From IMG/VR virus record IMGVR_UViG_3300048073_000007: 42,169 nt of DNA; one strand, written 5' to 3'. Below the pieces are notes generated by a model. It did no database searches. It was not told where the DNA came from and was given only the letters and a program-made list of their open reading frames with translations. Below, piece after piece: positions 6,033-14,646 of the stretch (positions within the stretch are counted from its first letter, which is position 1; every line of letters begins with the position of its first letter). The translations under genes and the position numbers were made by a program. This stretch comes from a virus.

Positions 6033-6809
6033 ATGAGCATGATCGTGCTTTCGTTGTTCCCCGGCCTCGGATTGCTGGACCGAGCGTTCGAGGAGGAGGG
6101 CTTCTGCGTCGTTCGCGGGCCAGACCTTCTGTGGGGTGGCGACGTGCGCTCGTTCCATCCGCCGGCGGGCAAGTTCGATGGTGTGATCGGCGGTCCGCCG
6201 TGCCAAGCGTTCAGTCAGCTCAGGTTCATGGTCGAACACAACGGTCACACGGTGGCTCCGAACCTGATCCCAGAGTTCGAGCGCGTAGTCGCCGAAGCGG
6301 CCCCGAGTTGGTTTGTCATGGAGAACGTGCCTGCGGCTCCGGCGCCCGTCGTGCAGGGTTACTTGCTGGACAACGCCGTGGTGCGCGACGTGTGGTGCGG
6401 TGGGGCGACCAGCCGGCTCCGTCGATTCTCGTTTGGCACGCCGGCGGGTTTGGCCTTGCGCGTGGAGACGCTGGCGCTGCACACGATGAACCCACTCCCC
6501 ACGGTCGTCTGCGACGCGCGCGAAGTGTCGGTGGCCATCGGCGGGTCTGGCTACAGGAAACCGAGCGCATCTGGCGGTCGCACGAGTTCGCTGAACCGAG
6601 GCGGGCCAATGCCCCACGATGCCGGGCGCACGCTGGGGATCGCGGAGATGGCCGAGCGGCAGGGGGTTCCCGACGGGTTCGTCGAGGCCCTGCAAGAGCA
6701 TGGCGCGTTCACTGCGAAGGCGATGCGCAAGGGCCTCGGCAACGGGGTGCCGCTGCCGATGGGCAGAGCGGTGGCGCGCGCCGTTCTGGAAGCGGTCGCG
6801 GGTCGATGA
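6033..6809 (+). CDS. DNA (cytosine-5) methyltransferase, compact orphan type
   Basis: Motif I FPGLG, motif IV GGPPCQAFS, motif VI FVMENV, motif X GNGVPLPM. Alternative GTG start at 6018. No adjacent restriction enzyme. Confidence 0.85.
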   Translation: MSMIVLSLFPGLGLLDRAFEEEGFCVVRGPDLLWGGDVRSFHPPAGKFDGVIGGPPCQAFSQLRFMVEHNGHTVAPNLIPEFERVVAEAAPSWFVMENVPAAPAPVVQGYLLDNAVVRDVWCGGATSRLRRFSFGTPAGLALRVETLALHTMNPLPTVVCDAREVSVAIGGSGYRKPSASGGRTSSLNRGGPMPHDAGRTLGIAEMAERQGVPDGFVEALQEHGAFTAKAMRKGLGNGVPLPMGRAVARAVLEAVAGR

Positions 6810-6812
6810 CCC

Positions 6813-7079
6813 ATGACCGACATCCTCGACTTGCCGGACTGGACGCTGATCGACAAGCGCTCGGACGGCGACGAGTACGAGCTGGAGGCCGAGTACCGGC
6901 TGCTGCCCAGAGCCTGCGTCAAGTGCGGCTCGGTCGGTCGGTTGTACAAGCACGGCACCAAGGACACGACCTTCCGCCGGGGCGAACGGAGCACCAACCA
7001 CATGCTGATATGCCCGACATGCCACTCTCGTTTCCACACGAAGCCTCATGCTCCCTCGTCAGCAGCTTCCACACGTTGA
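6813..7079 (+). CDS. Small zinc-finger protein; the N-terminus resembles the zf-ISL3 type DNA-binding finger
   Basis: LDLPDWTLID...EYELEAEY...CVKCGS...HG...CPTCHSRF. The 3' end overlaps the next gene. Confidence 0.45.
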   Translation: MTDILDLPDWTLIDKRSDGDEYELEAEYRLLPRACVKCGSVGRLYKHGTKDTTFRRGERSTNHMLICPTCHSRFHTKPHAPSSAASTR

Positions 7080-7399
7080 TCCGGAGTGCCAAACTAAATT
7101 ACATTGACCACGGCTACCCCAAGGGCTGGGATAGCCTTGTAACACCGATCATCGAAAAATGTGAAGAAAAGGGCCTCACGATCATGCAGATCAAGGAGAA
7201 GTACGGCGGCCTGCGGTTCTACTACGCCCCTCTGGACGATGAGGTAGACGCTATGGTTGATGCCGCCGAGGAGCAATCTCAGCGTACCTGCGAGGTATGT
7301 GGGGAGCATGGGGTGCTCAGGGACGGAGGCTGGTTGCAGACCCTGTGTGATGAGCACGCAGATGGCAGGGAGGCCCTTAACGTTAAGGAAATGCCATGA
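7010..7399 (+). CDS. Hypothetical phage protein with the IKEKYGGLRFYY ... CEVCG ... LCDEH signature
   Basis: This is the C-terminal part of the artefactual long frame 5975..7399. Start is ambiguous (ATG 7010 or 7019, or TTG 7076 overlapping the upstream TGA). Confidence 0.55.
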   Translation: MPDMPLSFPHEASCSLVSSFHTLIRSAKLNYIDHGYPKGWDSLVTPIIEKCEEKGLTIMQIKEKYGGLRFYYAPLDDEVDAMVDAAEEQSQRTCEVCGEHGVLRDGGWLQTLCDEHADGREALNVKEMP

Positions 7400-7680
7400 C
7401 TATCTGGCGCAGGGCCGCACGCAGGGACGCTAACGAGGCGACGATATTCAAGCTCGCCCGCGCAATGGGCTGGCTGATCTATCCAACCTCTAAGCCCGTA
7501 GACGCTATCGGGCTGTTCCGTGGCCGATGGCATGTCATTGAAGTTAAGACCGAAGAAGGTAAACTCACCCAGGCGCAAAAGGACTTCTCAGTTGATGTCG
7601 CCTGCGCTCACGGTGAGCTGCTTATCTGGCGAACATGTGACGACGTTCTCAAGGACTGCGACAGGCTGATAGCGGGGTGA
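7396..7680 (+). CDS. VRR-NUC / PD-(D/E)xK-type small nuclease (Holliday-junction-resolvase-like)
   Basis: RDANEATIFKLARAMGW...VDAIGL...VIEVKTEEGKLTQAQKDF. ATGA overlap with the upstream gene. Confidence 0.7.
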   Translation: MTIWRRAARRDANEATIFKLARAMGWLIYPTSKPVDAIGLFRGRWHVIEVKTEEGKLTQAQKDFSVDVACAHGELLIWRTCDDVLKDCDRLIAG

Positions 7681-7892
7681 ACGTGCCAATGGCCGGTGAA
7701 CTTCGGATATGCCGCAAATGCGCGCGAGCATTCAAGCCGCGCACCCCGCTGCAGGAGCACTGCGAGCTATCCTGCTTCGGCTCAGACCCCGCCCGCCTGA
7801 TAGGGATACCCCAAGGTAACGAGCGGTCCCTAAAGAATCTGGAGAAGAACAGCCGCGCGCTCAAGGCGAAGGCGAAGAAGGCGCAGACATGA
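7677..7892 (+). CDS. Small Cys-containing protein (71 aa)
   Basis: GTGA overlap with the upstream stop. Motif CRKC...C..C. Confidence 0.5.
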   Translation: MNVPMAGELRICRKCARAFKPRTPLQEHCELSCFGSDPARLIGIPQGNERSLKNLEKNSRALKAKAKKAQT

Positions 7893-8359
7893 TGAGTCCC
7901 CAGCAGCTCCAGCCCGCTGAACGCCCGGACGTATGTATGCGTGAATGGTTCGCATCATATGGCAACTGCATCCGGCGCCTCAGGGACGGAGGTAAACCTG
8001 TCGTTACTGCCGGGGGGTTAAAGGCATGGCACAGTGACGGGTGGGCCACGCATGACGCCGTATTCAACGGCAGAGGCGGCCAAGCGGTCTCCGGCTCGAG
8101 CGGGTACGAACACACCTTCCCCGAGGTGTATAGTGCAAAGGCGCTTGAGGTTCGCAGGGCTCTGGACAAAATCCCGAGCGATCACAAGACAATCTTTGAT
8201 GCCCGATGGGTATACAGGATCGGTTACGGGCCATTAGCCAGGGCCCTGCACAAGCGCAAAGCGGACATGATCCAGATCGTTTGGCAGATAGAGGGCAAGG
8301 TCTATCGCATAGTGTGCCAAAATGATGGGGCCAGGAAAATAGTTCCCGATTCCAAGTGA
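7889..8359 (+). CDS. Putative late-gene regulator (Q-like antiterminator position; C-terminus resembles a sigma region-4-like HTH)
   Basis: Last gene before the late promoter and terminator. ALDKIPSDHKTIFDARWVYRIGYGPLARALHKRKADMIQIV resembles an HTH. Confidence 0.4.
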   Translation: MMSPQQLQPAERPDVCMREWFASYGNCIRRLRDGGKPVVTAGGLKAWHSDGWATHDAVFNGRGGQAVSGSSGYEHTFPEVYSAKALEVRRALDKIPSDHKTIFDARWVYRIGYGPLARALHKRKADMIQIVWQIEGKVYRIVCQNDGARKIVPDSK

Positions 8360-8386
8360 TTGATTGTGGCTGATTTTTAACGCGGC

Positions 8387-8415
8387 TTGACACCTATTTT
8401 TACCTGTGATATCAA
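8387..8415 (+). promoter_or_regulatory. Late promoter: TTGACA (8387..8392), 17-nt spacer, extended -10 TGaTATCAA (8407..8415)
   Basis: Perfect -35, TGn extension, and a -10 matching 4 of 6 positions. Located in the 275-nt gap after the Q-like gene. Confidence 0.65.
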
Positions 8416-8588
8416 GCGCACTGTCAAATTAACAATCGTGTCGGCGGGTAGCACTATCCCGCTACCTAACGGCCTTCGTCGCTCGAGCCGGAGCGTCTGC
8501 TAAATGACGGCCCGTGCTCGCCGGGACGGCACGTAAACACAGAGTCCTGGCAGCTACTCCCCGGTGGCGCGTGTATCGCGCCCCTTTC

Positions 8589-8612
8589 GCCCCGCCTAGT
8601 GCGGGGTTTTTT
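8589..8612 (+). terminator. Intrinsic terminator: GCCCCGC-ctagt-GCGGGG followed by TTTTTT
   Basis: Stem 8590..8595 / 8601..8606 and T-tract 8607..8612, 22 nt before the first late ATG. Confidence 0.8.
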
Positions 8613-8634
8613 ATGAGGGCGCCAGTTCGAACGT

Positions 8635-9807
8635 ATGAGTGATCTCGAAGCTGGACAGGTGATTGTTGCAACTGGCGTTGGGTATGAAGCGATTGGCGTC
8701 GATCCGTCTACCCTTGGAGTTGGCGTGCCGAACGTAAACGCAAACAGCCTTTATGGCAACAACACAGGATCGACGGCGCCTGGAATGTCGCTAACGGCGA
8801 CGCAAGCCAGAACCTTGCTTGATATTCCCCCGTCTCCCGTGACGGTGCTGATGCAATCTGGTATTCCATTCATTATGCCGGCAAGCGGCTATATGCAGGA
8901 TGACGGCGTATTCATCATGGGGAATACGCCAGCGTCCTCCGCTACCGCCTCGTTCAGTGCGTTAAGTGGATCGGGCGTTACTATGACGATGAGCGCTGCC
9001 TCGCTCCTCGGTACATCCTCAGATGTTGGTCGGGTGCTCACGATTGACGACGGCGGGACATTCAAGTACGCGACGGTTACAACCCATTCGTCCACTACGG
9101 TTGCTACAGTTACGTTGACTGGCACGTTGTCCGGCACCGGCCCGTTTGCTAACTCGGTCATCTGGTTGACCGGGGCGAGTCCCCTAACGGCGACTTTCGA
9201 CTCGGCCTATGCTTACATGCCTGCAGACGCCATTCATTTGGGTAGCGCGGCGGATTGGTATTATTGCGTGATGGCTAGTACGACTGTCGGCACTCTATAC
9301 GACGACGTATATACGCAGTTGAGCGGGACGCCTGAAATTCCCGTGTCTCCTACTGCTTTTTCGTCTGCGGGTCCTGGAGCGTATACGCAAGTTACAACTT
9401 CTGTTGCGGGGCCATCTGTTACGGTTACGGCCAACTCTATGGGGTTGAACGGTGTTCTTGAGTACACCGTGCTGATGTCTGGGGCCAACACGACCAACCT
9501 AAAACGCGGAGATGTGTCATTTGGTGGGTCTAGTGTTTTTTCGTGGTTGATGAGCAGTACCACAAACATCAACTATGCAAATATTGGGAGTACAAGGAAT
9601 AAGGGAGCTGCTAATAGGAACATATCCGCCAGACAGACTAGCGCGAACGACAGCGGGGACGCATCGAAAGGCTTTGCGAGTAGTATGTCGCGCGGTAGCA
9701 TAAACACTGCTGTAGACCAATCGCTTGAGTTTAAACTACTGCTAGGCGTTGCGTCGGCGGATTGGCTTGCATTGGAGGCATACGCCGTGAAACTGGTTTC
9801 TGAGTAA
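8635..9807 (+). CDS. Fibre-like protein (390 aa), first gene of the lower-GC module
   Basis: The N-terminus ...NNTGSTAPGMSLTATQARTLLDI is typical of phage fibre N-termini. Ser/Thr/Gly-rich. Confidence 0.65.
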   Translation: MSDLEAGQVIVATGVGYEAIGVDPSTLGVGVPNVNANSLYGNNTGSTAPGMSLTATQARTLLDIPPSPVTVLMQSGIPFIMPASGYMQDDGVFIMGNTPASSATASFSALSGSGVTMTMSAASLLGTSSDVGRVLTIDDGGTFKYATVTTHSSTTVATVTLTGTLSGTGPFANSVIWLTGASPLTATFDSAYAYMPADAIHLGSAADWYYCVMASTTVGTLYDDVYTQLSGTPEIPVSPTAFSSAGPGAYTQVTTSVAGPSVTVTANSMGLNGVLEYTVLMSGANTTNLKRGDVSFGGSSVFSWLMSSTTNINYANIGSTRNKGAANRNISARQTSANDSGDASKGFASSMSRGSINTAVDQSLEFKLLLGVASADWLALEAYAVKLVSE

Positions 9808-9822
9808 CCATGGGCTGCTTCT

Positions 9823-12432
9823 GTGGCATTCACTGAGGGAAATCTTTTCGTATCAACTGGCGTAGGGACTACAGTTACCTCGCTGGCGCCGAGCGATCTG
9901 TACAACAGTTTCGCTTACACGCTTACTGCGCCAGCCCTTACGACTAGCGCTGCTGTCTATGACTCAAACGACGTTTTGCAAAAGATGCTTTGGTCGGCCG
10001 TTACACAGACCGCAGGCACACATCGAGCGTACTGGGCAGGGGATATGGACGACGGCTCCCCCGCTACTGGGACCCCACCTTTTTACGCAAAGGTGCTATC
10101 ACACAATGTCGAGTATGTGTGGGAAGGTGTAATCGGGAACTTGTCTTCAAGCTTTACAAGTTCGGCGGTGATGGTCGGCTTAAATAACCCGACGCAAAGC
10201 GCCGTGATTGTGGGGTCCGACCTTTGGGTATCCGTTGGTTATAACGAGGCCCTTCAGTGCATGGCGAAGTTTGCGCTATCCGATCCGCATACACGACTTA
10301 GCGGTATTCTGACTGAGCAAGGGGTGTCGCCAAATAGCATTGCCACTGACGGTACTTATATGTACTGGGCAACTGGCGGCGGTTACGGCAACGCAAAGGC
10401 GTTTTGCGGCGCGCAGGTCATAAGCACCGGAGAGAATGTTACTTTTTCGAGCGGTACGTCTGTAACGCTGTATAGGGGCAGCTATTCCGCTATTGATTTG
10501 CATGAAGGAAATCCAATTGTTACGGTTTCCACCGCAAGCCCGGCGGTGGTTACGGTGTCGAACAGCTATGCTGCCGGCGCGCGGTTTACTTTCAGCACTA
10601 CGGGCGCGCTGCCGACAGGGATCACGGCCGGCACGACGTACTATGTGATAGCTACCGGGTTATCCGGGGCATCTTTCCAGTTTTCGACGACGCCTGGCGG
10701 TGCGGCCGTGAACACATCCGGCACGCAGTCAGGACAGCATAAGATATCTGTTCCGGGCGTGTCGCCTACGGGGATCTCTGTTGACTCGTCCTATATTGCC
10801 GTCTCGCATCCTGCGTTTGATGCGGTGCACGTTTTGAATAAGACTACCGGGGCGCTGGTAAATGCGGTTAGCGTCGGCAGCCTCTATGATGATACGGCCA
10901 TCTGCAATCAGATCGCTTTTGACTCTGGCGGTAGTCTTTGGGTAATTAGCGGAACGTCGGTTATTGAGTTCACGAATCCAAGCGTGGATTCCTCTACGGG
11001 CACGACGATAACAGGGTTTACGCACCCGCTGGCTGTCGCCATAGATTCCTCGGGTAATGTTTGGGTCGCTGACGGCGACGACGTTCAGCAAGTGTTTAAG
11101 TACAGTTCTGCTGGTGCACTGCTCGATACCTTCGGTGACGCGGGTGGGTACATGACCGACCCGTCTGTGGCCACATCGAAGTTCTGGTTTTACTGGTCTG
11201 CCGGGAATTGGCAGCAACACACATTCATTTGTCCGGACACCGGCGGCGGATTTTGGCTCGGGAATAGCGGCAATATGCAGGTACTCCATATTGCGTCAGA
11301 CGGGACGTGTGATGAGGTATTGCAGTGGTCAACGGCCGCTTATAACGTGACTGTCGATCACGCGAACCCCGCACGGGTGTTCTGCGGGTTCCTCGAGTAC
11401 GAAATTGATTACACAGAGACGCTGACGGCGGGAGAAACTGATGCGTGGACACTTGTTAGGAACTGGACAGCCGGCGGCCCTGCCGGCCCGTTCGCCACGA
11501 TTGAAAATTCACTTAACGGCGGGTTCATGTCTGTTGAAACGCTTAGTAACGGGAGAACCTACGCCGAAACCAAGCAGGACGGAGCCTACAGCTCAGATAT
11601 TTACGAGTTGCCATCGTCCGGGCTCCCGCGACATTGCGTTAATATCCCGGCGCCTTCTGGGGGAAACTACGGTTCCCACATGTACGAAAACGGAGACCTT
11701 CGGTACATACACATACCGACTGTAGGTTATGGGTATACGCAGACCTACTATGTTAGGGAGCTTACTGGCTTCGATGGATCGCACAATCCGACATGGGGCT
11801 CGGCGGTAGCTTACGGGTCAGTGCTAACATCAGAAACTAGCCCGTGGTTTCGTGGCGGTGGTTTTGGCGCTCTGCGTCAATGTCCGATTACTTCATCTGG
11901 TGTGTTGATCCAGTTTGATGGCTCTGTAGCGTCCACTGGTAGTCAAAATCAAGGCTATCATCTTGGCGGTGTATTCGAGGGTGGGACATCCTTTGCATGG
12001 CAGACGAGCCCCACTGGCAAGCTAGACGGGAAAGGCACATACCAGACAAAAGCTATTGACAACTCGGTTAATTATGGCGGGAATCAGGTCTGGGCCTATG
12101 ATCGTCATGTGTTCTACGGCTATCACGGCGAGAATTACAGGGATTTGACGTACTATCAGGTAGGCCAGGCCAATCAATTCATGCACTACTATGATGATGG
12201 CCTTTTTATAGGGCAGTTCGGCACGCCGAGAATTACTTATTTCAGGCCAGACGCTGACTCGCACCCAGAAGGTTGCGCCGGTAACAGTTTCTACAACACC
12301 TATGCTTACGCGAACGGGAGCCTTTACTGGTATCACGGCGACGAGGGGGTGCATGGCGGGGTTCACCGCTGGCGCATAGACGGGATAGATACGATTTCCG
12401 AGCAGTCCGTCACGCTTAACGCATTCCCCTGA
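9823..12432 (+). CDS. Large NHL-repeat / beta-propeller protein (869 aa), probable virion-associated binding or depolymerase protein
   Basis: NHL-like unit HPLAVAIDSSGNVWVADGDDVQQVFKYSSAGALLDTFGDAGG plus degenerate units. GTG start. Confidence 0.7.
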   Translation: MAFTEGNLFVSTGVGTTVTSLAPSDLYNSFAYTLTAPALTTSAAVYDSNDVLQKMLWSAVTQTAGTHRAYWAGDMDDGSPATGTPPFYAKVLSHNVEYVWEGVIGNLSSSFTSSAVMVGLNNPTQSAVIVGSDLWVSVGYNEALQCMAKFALSDPHTRLSGILTEQGVSPNSIATDGTYMYWATGGGYGNAKAFCGAQVISTGENVTFSSGTSVTLYRGSYSAIDLHEGNPIVTVSTASPAVVTVSNSYAAGARFTFSTTGALPTGITAGTTYYVIATGLSGASFQFSTTPGGAAVNTSGTQSGQHKISVPGVSPTGISVDSSYIAVSHPAFDAVHVLNKTTGALVNAVSVGSLYDDTAICNQIAFDSGGSLWVISGTSVIEFTNPSVDSSTGTTITGFTHPLAVAIDSSGNVWVADGDDVQQVFKYSSAGALLDTFGDAGGYMTDPSVATSKFWFYWSAGNWQQHTFICPDTGGGFWLGNSGNMQVLHIASDGTCDEVLQWSTAAYNVTVDHANPARVFCGFLEYEIDYTETLTAGETDAWTLVRNWTAGGPAGPFATIENSLNGGFMSVETLSNGRTYAETKQDGAYSSDIYELPSSGLPRHCVNIPAPSGGNYGSHMYENGDLRYIHIPTVGYGYTQTYYVRELTGFDGSHNPTWGSAVAYGSVLTSETSPWFRGGGFGALRQCPITSSGVLIQFDGSVASTGSQNQGYHLGGVFEGGTSFAWQTSPTGKLDGKGTYQTKAIDNSVNYGGNQVWAYDRHVFYGYHGENYRDLTYYQVGQANQFMHYYDDGLFIGQFGTPRITYFRPDADSHPEGCAGNSFYNTYAYANGSLYWYHGDEGVHGGVHRWRIDGIDTISEQSVTLNAFP

Positions 12433-12459
12433 CGTGGATTAACCCAACGAGGACTATTA

Positions 12460-13305
12460 ATGCTGTATGTTCCGCAATACGCAGGCGCCCTGACGGCTCA
12501 AACAAATTCATGGTCCGGTGCCGTGCCATCGTCGTCGCTCGGTACGTCTGTGACCCCTGGGACTGCTGACTACGGCTCTTGGGCCGCCGCAGGTAGCGCG
12601 TTAACCAGCGATGCCTATGGGATACGTATTAACTGCCACGACAACTATACAAACGGAACATTCCGTACTACGTGCCTGACACTGGGGTACGACCCTGCCG
12701 GCGGCACTAGTTACTCGGACCTGATTAACGATATGTTGGTCGGTAGCGCCGGGAGTGTTACTGGTGGTGGGGGCGGTGGGCCATTGGAATTTTACTTCCC
12801 GATTTTTATACCTTCAGGATCTACTATCGCGTTTAAAGCCTACGGCGATGTGGCGAGTACCCTTAGGGCTGCGTGTCAAGTTTATCGGTGTCCGGTTTCG
12901 CCGGAATCGCTGAAAGTCGGGACGTTTGTCGAGACGATAGGCGCAACGGCGCCGACAGGGACGGCCGTTACCGCCGGGAATACCGCGGAAGGAAGCTGGA
13001 CCCTTATAGGCACTACGTCTGTGGCGCTGTGGTATTGGCAGGTTGGTCTCGGCCAGACTGCGGCGGGCGCTGGAGGCGGTAAGGGGTACGCCGTTGATCT
13101 TGCTGTCGGGACTGGGGGGAATTACAACGTGATTATAGAAGAACAGCATTTTCAAGAGGACAGTACAGAGAGACTGTCTGATATGGGATGTAGAAACCCG
13201 GCGTCCTATTATCCGGTTCCAGCGGGGTCTAGTATGTACGTTCGCGTCGCCTGCGGTTCCGCTCCTAGTGGGACTTTGGCTGCGGTCGTTTACGGAGTAG
13301 GTTAA
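12460..13305 (+). CDS. Hypothetical protein (281 aa) with Gly runs
   Basis: GAGGA RBS. Good coding periodicity. Function unknown. Confidence 0.65.
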   Translation: MLYVPQYAGALTAQTNSWSGAVPSSSLGTSVTPGTADYGSWAAAGSALTSDAYGIRINCHDNYTNGTFRTTCLTLGYDPAGGTSYSDLINDMLVGSAGSVTGGGGGGPLEFYFPIFIPSGSTIAFKAYGDVASTLRAACQVYRCPVSPESLKVGTFVETIGATAPTGTAVTAGNTAEGSWTLIGTTSVALWYWQVGLGQTAAGAGGGKGYAVDLAVGTGGNYNVIIEEQHFQEDSTERLSDMGCRNPASYYPVPAGSSMYVRVACGSAPSGTLAAVVYGVG

Positions 13306-13649
13306 TGGCTATTGCAGCATACAAAGACGACAGCGCGTCGATCAGCACGACTGAGTACTCGCTCGTCAATGACTCAACGTCGCTCGCTACGGACACCACG
13401 GACGGTATCTACCAGGTGTTTTTGGACCTAAGCGCAATGACCGTTACCGAGCAGTACCAGATCAAGGTTTACGAGAAGTGCTATTCAGCCGGTAGCAAGC
13501 TGGTCATCTATGAGTCGATCGTCACCGGCACGTCAGCGCCTACTTGGGTAAGCCCATCCCTGGTACTTCTGTACGGATGGGACGTAACGGTTAAGAAGCT
13601 CGCTGGAACAGACCGCACGATCGGCTGGTCTATCAGGCAGGTGGCCTAA
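13305..13649 (+). CDS. Hypothetical protein (114 aa)
   Basis: TAATG overlap with the upstream gene. Confidence 0.6.
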   Translation: MAIAAYKDDSASISTTEYSLVNDSTSLATDTTDGIYQVFLDLSAMTVTEQYQIKVYEKCYSAGSKLVIYESIVTGTSAPTWVSPSLVLLYGWDVTVKKLAGTDRTIGWSIRQVA

Positions 13650-13766
13650 ATGTGGTTCTTCCAGCCGCTGCTGCTCGGTGGCGCACAACTGCAAGGTGGC
13701 GCCCCTGCAGCGTCGTCAACATGGATGGGCCGGCGCGGTTCACGCCCTCGAGATCGGTCTAAATGA
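13650..13766 (+). CDS. Possible 38-aa ORF filling the gap
   Basis: Starts immediately after the upstream TAA and ends in an ATGA overlap with the next start. Composition is odd (Gly/Arg-rich). Confidence 0.3.
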   Translation: MWFFQPLLLGGAQLQGGAPAASSTWMGRRGSRPRDRSK

Positions 13767-14113
13767 GAATGACCTTCCGCGATCCTCTGGTGCAACACAC
13801 TGCACCGGAGGACTCGAGTTTTACGATCGCCGTGAAGTTCTGGGACGATAGTGCAGAGCCTTGGACGGCGAGCGCGCCAACGACCGTTCACTATCGCATT
13901 GACTGCCTGACCACGGGCACGGTACTGGTGGACTGGACTAGCGTATCCCCGAGCGCCTCCGTCTCGCTGACCGTCTCTGTAGCGGCCAACGCGATCAACC
14001 AGGAGGCGAACTGGCGCGAGAAGCGTCAGGTTACCGTCAAGGCTGATGACGCATTGTCAACGCAGTACCTTGGGACGCACTGCTACTACGTGGAAAACAA
14101 CGTTGCAGTCTAA
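13763..14113 (+). CDS. Hypothetical protein (116 aa)
   Basis: ORF with typical high-GC third positions. Confidence 0.6.
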   Translation: MRMTFRDPLVQHTAPEDSSFTIAVKFWDDSAEPWTASAPTTVHYRIDCLTTGTVLVDWTSVSPSASVSLTVSVAANAINQEANWREKRQVTVKADDALSTQYLGTHCYYVENNVAV

Positions 14114-14288
14114 GTGCTGCGAGCCTGACTGTCCGAATCCCGGAGCAGTACACGCGACGCCCGGCAAGCTCTGGTGCGTAACGCACTACTGGCTGCACGC
14201 ACTGCGCCACGAGGTAGAGATCATCGCAGAGGGCGTTTATGCCAAGCATCAGCGTAAACCCAAGGATGCCCAAAGAGGGCACGAGTAA
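14046..14288 (+). CDS. Possible Cys/His-rich small protein overlapping the previous gene by 68 nt
   Basis: CCEPDCPNPG...WCVTHYWLH. It is the only ORF covering 14114..14288. Confidence 0.3.
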   Translation: MTHCQRSTLGRTATTWKTTLQSKCCEPDCPNPGAVHATPGKLWCVTHYWLHALRHEVEIIAEGVYAKHQRKPKDAQRGHE

Positions 14289-14349
14289 GCCCATGACGGG
14301 CATGCGGTTGTTGCCGCGCAACATATTGAGATCAGCATTGAGTTAACAC

Positions 14350-14646
14350 ATGCCATTTGCGAAAGGAATTTCTGGAAATCCTGGTGGGCGGCCGAAAGAG
14401 TCGGCAGAGGTCAAGCGTCTAGCGCGCCAGCATTGTGAGGCGGCTGTAGCGAAGCTCGTCGAGCTCATGGGCAGTTCCAATGAGTCCATCTCCCTAGCCG
14501 CCGCCAATGCTCTCCTGGATCGTGGTGTTGGCAAGCCCGCACAGGCGATCACGGGAGACGACGAAGCGCCGCCGATCAAGGTCAGGGGGTTGATTGAGTT
14601 CGTTACAGCGATGGCAGTTTCCGGAGAAGCTCCGGTTTCTGATTGA
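14350..14646 (+). CDS. Small terminase-like protein (DUF5681-type N-terminus)
   Basis: MPFAKGISGNPGGRPKES motif. Directly upstream of, and overlapping, the large terminase gene. Confidence 0.6.
   Translation: MPFAKGISGNPGGRPKESAEVKRLARQHCEAAVAKLVELMGSSNESISLAAANALLDRGVGKPAQAITGDDEAPPIKVRGLIEFVTAMAVSGEAPVSD

Noticed and set aside
5952-7399. Long ORFs 5975..7399 (+, 474 aa) and 5952..7049 (-, 365 aa) overlapping the methyltransferase
   Set aside because: These are Arg/Gly/Ala-rich products typical of off-frame reading of high-GC DNA. The frame carrying the C5-MTase motifs is the real one. Only the 3' end of 5975..7399 is coding.
8462-8671. 69-aa minus-strand ORF spanning the late terminator
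   Set aside because: It runs through the terminator hairpin and into the first late gene antisense, so it is most likely non-coding leader sequence.
8635-13649. Diversity-generating retroelement, as in BPP-1-type podophages
   Set aside because: No reverse-transcriptase-like ORF is present, and I saw no template/variable repeat pair with adenine-specific differences near any fibre gene 3' end.
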